Shown piece by piece: positions 29,052 through 37,188 of a DNA stretch of 64,000 nucleotides. The DNA comes from an uncultured Bacteroidales bacterium (lineage in GTDB: Bacteria > Bacteroidota > Bacteroidia > Bacteroidales > VadinHA17), in assembly GCA_963732365.1 (NCBI GenBank), contig CAVSZC010000001.1:354526-418525 (forward strand). The letters run 5' to 3'. Below the pieces are notes generated by a model. It searched no databases, had not been told where the DNA came from, and saw only the letters and a program-made list of their open reading frames with translations. Within the stretch, counting starts at the first letter, position 1. Each line of letters starts with the position of its first letter. A program made the translations under genes and the position numbers.

Positions 29052-31250
29052 ATGATTAAGAGAAGTTTTAAAGTGGCGTTGCTGCCTGCAGTTTTGATCT
29101 GCATGGTTTGTGGTACAGGAGTGAAAGCTCAATCACTTCAGGAGGCCATTACCTTCACCAAGAACGAACAGTATGACAAAGCGGAAGCACTGTTCCAGCA
29201 ACTTATCAAGAACGAGCCGGGTAACAGCAAAGCATTCTTCCATTACGGCGAGAATACACTGCTGAACTATTTTTCCGATACCATTTCAAACTCACTCAAT
29301 GCAGCAACCAAAGAAGCATCCGATATATTCAACAAGGGGATTGCAGCCAATGTATCTGATCCGCTCAACTATGTAGGGCTGGCCAAGGTTTCATCCTACC
29401 AGGGTGAAGAGGCAAAGGCAGAAGAGATGAGGGTAAAAGCAAAAGGGCTTCTTCCCGCGTACAAGAAAATCACGAAGATAGAAGACCCGAAGGGTTATGC
29501 ATACACCCTCGCCAAAATAGCAGAATCATACATACGTTTCGAACAGGTCGATACCAGCAAGGCACTACCGTTCATCAGGCACGCACTGCAGATAGACCCG
29601 AGAAACAGCGAAGTGTATATAATCGCCGGTGATATCTATATCCTTGTCAACGACGGGTCAAGGGCTATAAAATATTACAACCTTGCACAGGACTGGGACC
29701 TTACATCACCTACTGCCAACATGAAGATAGGCAGCATTTATGTAAAGGGCCGCAATCTTATGGCTGCCATTCCTTTCTATGAGCAGGCTATTGCACTTGA
29801 TCAGAACTACGCCCCGGCATACCGCGAACTGGGTCAGCTATACTCTATGGCAGGAAGATTCAGTGAGTCAAAGAAATACTTTGAAAAGTATCTTGAACTA
29901 ACCCAGGGAAATATTCCTGCCAAGATCAGGTATGTGAACGCCCTCTTCTACGCCAAGGAATACGGTGAGGTAATAAAGAATGTCGAGGAGATCTTTGCCA
30001 TTGATGATTCCAGGACATACATGAACAGGATTGCCGGTTACTCAGCTTATGAGGAAGGCAATTATCCGCTCGGACTGCAGTATATGGACAAGCTCTTTGC
30101 AACCCTTCCGGAAGATCGCATTATCAAGAAGGACTATATCTATTACGCAAGGATACTTGTCAAGAAGAATCAGAACTATAATAAGTCAATCATTGAAACC
30201 GACGAACTTGCATCAGACCTTGCTGACATGAAGGGCAAGTATTCGAGCCTGAAAAGTCCTGCAAAGGAAAAGATGAAGAGTGACATGGATGCCCTTCAGG
30301 TTAAGGTCACTGAGGCCAAGGCACAGATTGCCAAAGCTGATGCTGAGATTTCCAGTGCTTTTGATGCATATGAAAAAGCAATCAATTTCAGTGACGAGGA
30401 TCTGAACCTGATATATGAGAAAGGCACCTTTCAGTACTCATTCCACAGGTATGAAGATGCGGGTGATACATGGGCACGTCTTCTTACAAAAGGCAGAAAC
30501 AGTGAGAATGATGCTCTCCAGATCGGTCGCGCCTATTATCAGGCCAAAAAATTTGACAAGGCAGAGCTCATGTTCAACCTCATGACTGAAAAATACCCTG
30601 ATAATCTTCAGGGTTATCTCTGGGCTGCAAATACTGCCTCAGCCAAGGATCCAGACTCTGAACTTGGTCTGGCAAAACCGAAATTTATAGCCCTCCTGAA
30701 GAAGGCAGAAGTTGATTCGGTGAAAAACGTTCAGGAGATATTTGATGCGCTTCGATATCTTGGTTATAACTCACTTCAGGAGAAAAACTACGAAGAGGCA
30801 AGAGCCTACTATACAAGGATAATTAACCTGGCACCATCGAACAAGGATTATCAGATCAAAGCCCACAGCTCTCTCAGCACAATGTTTCTTACCATGGGTG
30901 ACTACAACAGGGCCACGGAGGTGAATAACAGGATACTGGCGATTGACCCCTCGAATGAAAATGCAAAGGCGACTATCCAGTACATTGCAGCGCTCCAGAA
31001 GAATGCTGCACCACCCAAACATCCCAATGAGATTACCGGAATAATATTTGATGCAGCCGGTCTGCCCATTCCCGGTGCCTCTGTCCGGGTAAAAGACACT
31101 GCCGCTGAAGCATGGACCAATGCAAGGGGTGAGTACAAGTTTGTCATGCCTGAAGCCTCAGAAGTACTGGTCATCAGCGCCAAAGGGTACAGGACCCAGG
31201 AAGTTCCGGTGACAAAGAAGAGGGTTTACAACGCCACCCTGGAAAAATAA
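29052..31250 (+). CDS. Exported TPR-repeat protein with C-terminal CarboxypepD_reg-like domain
   Basis: Signal peptide; multiple TPRs (e.g. AIPFYEQAIALDQNYAPAYRELG); C-terminus ITGIIFDAAGLPIPGASVRVK...TNARGEY...LVISAKGYRTQEV. Confidence 0.88.
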   Translation: MIKRSFKVALLPAVLICMVCGTGVKAQSLQEAITFTKNEQYDKAEALFQQLIKNEPGNSKAFFHYGENTLLNYFSDTISNSLNAATKEASDIFNKGIAANVSDPLNYVGLAKVSSYQGEEAKAEEMRVKAKGLLPAYKKITKIEDPKGYAYTLAKIAESYIRFEQVDTSKALPFIRHALQIDPRNSEVYIIAGDIYILVNDGSRAIKYYNLAQDWDLTSPTANMKIGSIYVKGRNLMAAIPFYEQAIALDQNYAPAYRELGQLYSMAGRFSESKKYFEKYLELTQGNIPAKIRYVNALFYAKEYGEVIKNVEEIFAIDDSRTYMNRIAGYSAYEEGNYPLGLQYMDKLFATLPEDRIIKKDYIYYARILVKKNQNYNKSIIETDELASDLADMKGKYSSLKSPAKEKMKSDMDALQVKVTEAKAQIAKADAEISSAFDAYEKAINFSDEDLNLIYEKGTFQYSFHRYEDAGDTWARLLTKGRNSENDALQIGRAYYQAKKFDKAELMFNLMTEKYPDNLQGYLWAANTASAKDPDSELGLAKPKFIALLKKAEVDSVKNVQEIFDALRYLGYNSLQEKNYEEARAYYTRIINLAPSNKDYQIKAHSSLSTMFLTMGDYNRATEVNNRILAIDPSNENAKATIQYIAALQKNAAPPKHPNEITGIIFDAAGLPIPGASVRVKDTAAEAWTNARGEYKFVMPEASEVLVISAKGYRTQEVPVTKKRVYNATLEK

Positions 31251-31365
31251 ACACCGATAGCATAAGCAGCCAAGGTTTGATATTTATAAATGAGACTATT
31301 GTAAAAGATTAAGAGAATAATTACTTTTGCCAACTGTTTACTTAAACCAACTAAACAATACTAAA

Positions 31366-32181
31366 ATGAGCAAAGAATCCAGTAAGTTCAAAGATGTGAT
31401 GAATTCACTTTTTGCACCCGTTGCTATTATTGTAGCTTTTATCGTTGCCTATTATCTCTTTACCAATGTAATGGGTAACCCTGTAAACTTTGAGGGAAGC
31501 AACCCGAAGGGTCACCCGCTTCAGGGTAACTATCTCGGAATGATCTATAAGGGCGGTATCATTGTGCCGATACTTATGACATGCGTTCTCACCCTTATCA
31601 TCTTCGTTTTTGAAAGAGGTATTACCTTAAGCAGAGTACAGGGTAAAGGCAGGCTTAACGTTTTTGTGGCCAACATTCAGTCATTACTTTCACAGGACAA
31701 AATTGAAGAAGCTGTAACCGCATGCGACAAGCAGAAAGGTTCACTGGCGAACGTACTTAAGGCAGGCCTTGTACGTTACCGTGACCTGGCAGGTGACTCA
31801 TCACTCGAGAAAGACCAGAAGATCACCTCAATGAAGCAGGCCCTTGAAGAGGCAACTGCCCTTGAGCTTCCGACTCTTTCAAAGAACATGGTAATACTTT
31901 CAACATTAGCTTCAATCTCGGTGCTTATCGGTCTTATCGGTACTGTTCTCGGTATGATCCGCGCATTCGGTGCTCTTGCACAGGCTGGTGCTCCAGATGC
32001 ACTTGCTCTTGCAACCGGTATCTCAGAAGCGCTTATCAACACAGCATTCGGTATCACTGGATCAACATTCGCAATCATATTCTACAACTATTTCTCATCA
32101 CAAATTGACGGTTATACTTTCAAAATTGATGAGGCAGGTTTCAGCCTGACTCAGACCTTTGCAGCATCAGTCAGCAAATAA
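31366..32181 (+). CDS. exbB: MotA/TolQ/ExbB proton-channel protein
   Basis: GLIGTVLGMIRAF and GISEALINTAFGI motifs; TACTTTTG -7 element at 31322-31329 supports ATG 31366. Confidence 0.93.
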   Translation: MSKESSKFKDVMNSLFAPVAIIVAFIVAYYLFTNVMGNPVNFEGSNPKGHPLQGNYLGMIYKGGIIVPILMTCVLTLIIFVFERGITLSRVQGKGRLNVFVANIQSLLSQDKIEEAVTACDKQKGSLANVLKAGLVRYRDLAGDSSLEKDQKITSMKQALEEATALELPTLSKNMVILSTLASISVLIGLIGTVLGMIRAFGALAQAGAPDALALATGISEALINTAFGITGSTFAIIFYNYFSSQIDGYTFKIDEAGFSLTQTFAASVSK

Positions 32182-32227
32182 TCACCAGTATTTATTCTTT
32201 TGGTTACAAAAAGAAAGGATTTAGAAA

Positions 32228-32866
32228 ATGCCAAAGATTAAAATACACTCCAAACAACCTCACATCGACATGACGCCGATGGTGGACCTGTTTGCGCTGC
32301 TGCTGACCTTTTTCATGCTTACGGCAACATGGAGGCCATCAGACCCGGCTCCCGTAGATACACCTTTTTCAGTATCCGAGAAGCCCACTCCTGATGCAAA
32401 TATTATGACCGTGTTGCTTTCTGCTGACAACAGGATATTTTTCAATGTTGACAACGGCCCTGACACAATTCTTAAGTTCAGGCCCAAAATCCTTGCGGAG
32501 ATGGGGAAACGCTACAACATTGAATTCACTGAAGAAGAATTGCGCACATTTGAGAAGCTTCCGGCATCATCATTTGGCGTATCCATTCAGGACATGAAAG
32601 CTTACCTGTCAGCAACAGATGCAAATGTAAGGGCATCACTTGAAAAAGGTATCCCGATAGATTCAACTGACAACCAGCTAGCGCTATGGGTACTGTTCTC
32701 ACGCCAGATCAACCCAGCGGTAAACACGCTGATCAAAGGCGATGCTAATGCTGACTTCCCGATAGTACGGGAGGTTCTCGACATTCTCCAGGACAAAAAC
32801 GTCAACAGGTTCAACCTTGTGACCAACCTGAGGGTAATTGAAGTTACAGAAGAAATAACTGAGTAA
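32228..32866 (+). CDS. exbD: ExbD/TolR-family protein
   Basis: IDMTPMVDLFALLLTFFML and IKGDANADF motifs. Confidence 0.92.
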   Translation: MPKIKIHSKQPHIDMTPMVDLFALLLTFFMLTATWRPSDPAPVDTPFSVSEKPTPDANIMTVLLSADNRIFFNVDNGPDTILKFRPKILAEMGKRYNIEFTEEELRTFEKLPASSFGVSIQDMKAYLSATDANVRASLEKGIPIDSTDNQLALWVLFSRQINPAVNTLIKGDANADFPIVREVLDILQDKNVNRFNLVTNLRVIEVTEEITE

Positions 32867-32867
32867 G

Positions 32868-33527
32868 ATGGCAGAGATCATACAAGAGGAAAAAGGTAAA
32901 GGTGGCAAGAAGAAGCCTAAGAAGCACTCGACCCACATTGACATGACGCCGATGGTTGACCTTATGTGTCTGCTCATCACGTTCTTCATGCTCACAACAG
33001 CTTTCAGCAAACCGAAGATCATGGAAATTCTCCTTCCTGAGAAACTCAAGAAGGACGAAGTAGTTGAGCCTCCGAAAATTGCTGAGAGCCGTACTCTGAA
33101 CATCATCCTCGGTCCCGACGATAAAGTTTTCTGGTACCCGGGAAAAGCCGATCCGGAAGTTACCGTTCTCCAGGAGACTGACTTCAGCGCTACCGGAATC
33201 CGTCAGATTCTGCTTGACAGAAACAGGGCACTATTTAAGAAAATAGAACAATTTGAAACCGATGTTATCGCCGGTAAGATCGAGATCAAACAGGATTCTA
33301 TGCTCAATGCCATCAAGCAGCTCAAGAAGGATGACGATACGGGACCGATCGTTCTTATCAAAGCCTACAAGACATCCAAATACAGGAATTTCGTTGACAT
33401 CATTGACGAAATGTCTATAGTAGGCATTGCGCGTTACACATTCACTGACATCAGCTGGATAGAAGAGAACCTTGTCGCTGCCGCCATCGGCGTGGCACCG
33501 GTAATCGCTTCCGGAACAGCTAACTAG
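32868..33527 (+). CDS. exbD: ExbD/TolR-family protein (second copy)
   Basis: IDMTPMVDLMCLLITFFML and VLIKA...YRNFVDIIDEM motifs. Confidence 0.92.
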   Translation: MAEIIQEEKGKGGKKKPKKHSTHIDMTPMVDLMCLLITFFMLTTAFSKPKIMEILLPEKLKKDEVVEPPKIAESRTLNIILGPDDKVFWYPGKADPEVTVLQETDFSATGIRQILLDRNRALFKKIEQFETDVIAGKIEIKQDSMLNAIKQLKKDDDTGPIVLIKAYKTSKYRNFVDIIDEMSIVGIARYTFTDISWIEENLVAAAIGVAPVIASGTAN

Positions 33528-33538
33528 AACGACAGGAT

Positions 33539-34315
33539 ATGGCAAAGGAAAAGAAAAATTATGTAAGCTTCGATGACCTGGTCTTCGCAAACAGGAACCA
33601 GTCGTACGGAGCATACGATCTGAGGAGAAAGTACAGCCGGACAATGGCTATCTCAACTCTTGTCGGTATCATCATCATTGCAGCAGCGGTAATAGTTCCC
33701 TACATCAAGGCAAGTCGCATCGCTCACATAAAGGCGAGAGACGCCAACGAGGTAATTGCTGAAATGGCTAATGACATCAATCAGGAAGAGGCAGCTCCGC
33801 CGCCACCACCGCCACCGCCACCACCAGCTGAACAACAGACGGTTGTGAAGTATGTGGCACCAGTTGTGGTGGACACTATCAAACCTGAGGACCAGACAGA
33901 TCTCATGACCGCCGATGAAATCTCAGAGACTATTGTCGACCAGGAGGTTGTTGAGGTAGTTGAGCAGGTACAGGAAGAAGTGGAGTATGAAGCTCCGGCA
34001 GAGGTGTTCGTCGTTGTTGAAGAGATGCCATCATTCCCGGGCGGGGATGCTGAACTCTTCAAATTCATCTATGACAACATCAAGTATCCTGAAATAGCAA
34101 AGGAAAACAACATTCAGGGGAAAGTGATACTCCGTTTCTGCGTTACCTACAAGGGGACCGTTGACCAGGTATCAGTTGTCAGGGGTGTTGACCCTACTCT
34201 TGATGAAGAGGCTATCAGGGTAATAAAGATGCTCCCTCTGTGGAAACCGGGCAAACAGGGTGGTAAACCCGTTAACGTCTGGTACAGTGTGCCTATCAGC
34301 TTCCAGCTTAAGTAA
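33539..34315 (+). CDS. tonB: Energy transducer TonB
   Basis: DLVFANRNQSYGAYDLR, one TM helix, poly-Pro linker, C-domain MPSFPGG...YPEIAKENNIQGKV...WKPGKQGGKPV. Confidence 0.95.
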   Translation: MAKEKKNYVSFDDLVFANRNQSYGAYDLRRKYSRTMAISTLVGIIIIAAAVIVPYIKASRIAHIKARDANEVIAEMANDINQEEAAPPPPPPPPPPAEQQTVVKYVAPVVVDTIKPEDQTDLMTADEISETIVDQEVVEVVEQVQEEVEYEAPAEVFVVVEEMPSFPGGDAELFKFIYDNIKYPEIAKENNIQGKVILRFCVTYKGTVDQVSVVRGVDPTLDEEAIRVIKMLPLWKPGKQGGKPVNVWYSVPISFQLK

Positions 34316-34332
34316 ACTATTGCTCTGACCAT

Positions 34333-34365
34333 AAAAAAAGGTGTCTCAAAAGGACACCTTTTTTT
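34333..34365. terminator. Bidirectional intrinsic terminator
   Basis: AAAAAAAGGTGTC-tcaaaag-GACACCTTTTTTT between convergent genes. Confidence 0.9.
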
Positions 34366-34383
34366 GTTTGTATGGGGCAGATG

Positions 34384-35220
34384 CTATTTAAGCATCAAGG
34401 TGATATACCTGTCTGCCAGTGCCGCCTTCTCCCTGTCAAGTCCGCTTATAATTATAAGCCTGTCACCCTGCAGAGCCATGAACAGCAGACCGTTGAAGCC
34501 ATCGTCAAAAACATATTTAAACGATTCTTCACCTGCATTGAAGGCATCTCCGGCGAGTCTCTGTGCCATATCAGAAATTTCCTGTTTGCTCTTGCTGTTG
34601 AACAGATAGACATCAAACCTGTCATTATCAACCTCATAAGAAGCCCTGAATGAATCATGAAGGAAATCATGGCCAAGCACTCCCTCCATTATATATGTCT
34701 CCTGGTTTGCAATCAGCCCTTCGGCAGGATAAAGCTTCAGCAATGGAGGAAACTCATTTCCCCCTTCAATCCGCTCTGCAATCATTTCAGCCAGCGTCAT
34801 CATCGCTTCAGCAGCTTTTTTTGAACCGGAATGTGTCATTATCTTGACATAGAAGCGGCCTTTAAAGAAGTTTACAACTCCCTCCTCTGAGTAACCCTGC
34901 ACTCCTAATTTGATAAAACTGTAAGAGGGAGAACGCTCAAGGGAGTAAATTCCAAATGCTGTCGCCTCGTCGCCGAATGAATAGATCTCTGCCTTCAGAG
35001 ACTGCTTTCCCTTACGGTATTCGTTTATGTTGAGGTCCCTGAATCCAAGTGCCAGATACGCATCGGCTGCACCGTTGATATAATCCCACAGGTCCTCCGG
35101 AGTATAAACCGGATAATCGCTGATCTGTTTGTATCCTTTAAGCAGAGGAAACATTTCCTGCTGACCCCGGAGAGCAGGAAACGCAAAGACCAGGAAGAAG
35201 AAGATGGTCACATGTTTCAT
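34384..35220 (-). CDS. DUF6599-like exported protein
   Basis: Signal peptide; LWDYINGAADAY, AFGIYSLER, FFKGRFYVKI and VLGHDFL motifs. Confidence 0.7.
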   Translation of the reverse strand: MKHVTIFFFLVFAFPALRGQQEMFPLLKGYKQISDYPVYTPEDLWDYINGAADAYLALGFRDLNINEYRKGKQSLKAEIYSFGDEATAFGIYSLERSPSYSFIKLGVQGYSEEGVVNFFKGRFYVKIMTHSGSKKAAEAMMTLAEMIAERIEGGNEFPPLLKLYPAEGLIANQETYIMEGVLGHDFLHDSFRASYEVDNDRFDVYLFNSKSKQEISDMAQRLAGDAFNAGEESFKYVFDDGFNGLLFMALQGDRLIIISGLDREKAALADRYITLMLK

Positions 35221-35241
35221 TGACGTAACTCTTTATGTTGA

Positions 35242-36423
35242 TTAAGCTATAAGGTCATAGGGAACGTGCTTCAGCCTCGCGATATCAGTTATCTTTCCCC
35301 TGAGGTCAAATCCCTTGATACACTCAGCCGAACATGTTTCGCATAATGTACATGGGTCAGAGGTGGCATCCGTTTCCCTGAGGAGGTCCGATGCCATTGC
35401 CAGGTTTCCGTACCCGTAGGCGTACATGTATGCCCTCATCATCTCAGGTATCGGCAGGTTGGCGGGGCATCCCTTAAGGCAATTCTGACAGGCGTTGCAG
35501 TAGAGGCCGCCTGATGCAGCAGCGGCAATGAGACCACTTTTTTCTTCAGCCGTAAGGGTAATATCTGCAAGTACCTTCAGATCAGCATTCACATGATCAA
35601 ATGTAGTCATACCGGGTATTGTAGTATGGACATTCGGGTTGGAGAGAGCCCATTTCAGGGCTGCCTGAGGATTGACGGCCTTTGTCTTCTCCTTGTCAAG
35701 GAACCCTCCCGCCATTGTCTTCATGGCCACTACTCCGAGACCAGCCTTAGTGGCTGATTCAAGGGCACTGTTAAGATCATCGAGGTGTGCAAGGTTGAAA
35801 TTATAGGCTGTCAGCACAACGTCCCAAATTCCCTCTTCAACCATGGTCCTGATCACAAGAGGTTCATTCTTATGGGTCGAAACTCCAATAAACCTTGCCT
35901 TTCCCTTCTTCTTAAGGTCAAGCATGGCGGCGGTGATCTCCTTGTGTCTCACTATCTCAGCGCTGTCGGCAGCATGCATATAGAGAATGTCAACGTAATC
36001 CATTTTCAGCCTGGTAAGACTCAGTTCAAATTTAGCCAGGAAATCCTCTGCAGTCGTCTCTTTCGAAGGGAGTCCCGTGCGTGAATCTACTCCGGCTGGC
36101 TTCACCTTTGTTGCAAGTATGAATGATTCCCGGGGAACAGATTCAAAGAAGCTGCCCAGCATTTCTTCATTCCTTCCGTTCATATAGCCGTGAGCTGTGT
36201 CAAACATTCTCATTCCTCCTTCGTAAGCTGCTTTTACCAGGGCATTGTTATCCGATCTCATGACACCGAAACTCACTACAGGGACCTTCAGCCCGGTCTT
36301 GCCCAGTGTCCTGTAAATAATCTCCTGACTGGCCGGTCTGTCACCCGCCAGGGCAGTATGGTTTATTGTTGCCAGTCCTGCCGCACCTGCAAGACCTGAC
36401 CTCAGAAATGTTCTTCTTTTCAT
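35242..36423 (-). CDS. Tat-exported aldo/keto reductase with C-terminal Fe-S domain
   Basis: KRRTFL Tat motif; YRTLGKTG, DTAHGY, YVDILYMH and AMKT motifs; CNACQNC...CP and CTLCETCSAEC. Confidence 0.9.
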   Translation of the reverse strand: MKRRTFLRSGLAGAAGLATINHTALAGDRPASQEIIYRTLGKTGLKVPVVSFGVMRSDNNALVKAAYEGGMRMFDTAHGYMNGRNEEMLGSFFESVPRESFILATKVKPAGVDSRTGLPSKETTAEDFLAKFELSLTRLKMDYVDILYMHAADSAEIVRHKEITAAMLDLKKKGKARFIGVSTHKNEPLVIRTMVEEGIWDVVLTAYNFNLAHLDDLNSALESATKAGLGVVAMKTMAGGFLDKEKTKAVNPQAALKWALSNPNVHTTIPGMTTFDHVNADLKVLADITLTAEEKSGLIAAAASGGLYCNACQNCLKGCPANLPIPEMMRAYMYAYGYGNLAMASDLLRETDATSDPCTLCETCSAECIKGFDLRGKITDIARLKHVPYDLIA

Positions 36424-36536
36424 ATGGGCTGAATTTGAGTTTTAGTCTGATTAATTAACACTATGTCAGAGCCAATATACAAATATTTTATATTATTTTG
36501 GAGTAGCTGCCGGATAGCATAAAAATCAGATACATT

Positions 36537-37184
36537 ATGGGACGCTATATTCATAACCTTATCCTGCAGGGTGAAGGGATGAATCTTGATTTCAAGTACT
36601 GCATATCTGATCCTCACAAGATAGCCAGGTCACTCTCCGCGTTCTCAAACAGTGAGGGTGGAAAACTGCTGATAGGTGTCAGGGACAACGGATCACTTGC
36701 CGGGGTAAGGTCAGATGAGGAATATTACATGATTGATGCCGCAGCACGTTTATATTGCCGGCCGGAAGTAAGTGTAGGAATCAGAAGTCACACGATAAAC
36801 GGTAAAAGTATCCTTGAGGTTGATGTCCCAAGGAGCACCATCATACCTGTGAGGGCAAAGGATGAGGAAGGCAGGTGGAAGGCATACTTTCGGCAGCGTG
36901 ACCAGAATTTCCTGGCTGACAGGGTGCTTCTGCAGGTATGGCGCAGGAGCAGCCGTTCGCACGGTCTCCTTATAAGGTTTGATGATAAGGAAAACCTCCT
37001 GCTGAATCACCTGAGGGACGGCGGGAAGATTACCGTTGCTGAGTTCCGCAGACTGGCTGAGATCAACAGCAGGAGCGCAGAGAGGATATTAAGTGACTTC
37101 ATGTTGTGCGGAATAATAAGGTGTGAGGCAAGTGAAAAAGGTCTCTTCTACCGTCTCACCCGCGAATTTGAGACCTCCGGCTGA
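36537..37184 (+). CDS. Schlafen/AlbA_2-domain protein with C-terminal HTH
   Basis: QGEGMNLDFK and SAFSNSEGGKLLIGVRDNG motifs; C-terminal ITVAEFRRLAEINSRSAERIL helix-turn-helix. Confidence 0.85.
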   Translation: MGRYIHNLILQGEGMNLDFKYCISDPHKIARSLSAFSNSEGGKLLIGVRDNGSLAGVRSDEEYYMIDAAARLYCRPEVSVGIRSHTINGKSILEVDVPRSTIIPVRAKDEEGRWKAYFRQRDQNFLADRVLLQVWRRSSRSHGLLIRFDDKENLLLNHLRDGGKITVAEFRRLAEINSRSAERILSDFMLCGIIRCEASEKGLFYRLTREFETSG

Positions 37185-37188
37185 TGTT

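Noticed and set aside
33797-33825. CCG/CCA tandem repeat
   Set aside because: It encodes the ordinary poly-proline linker of TonB.
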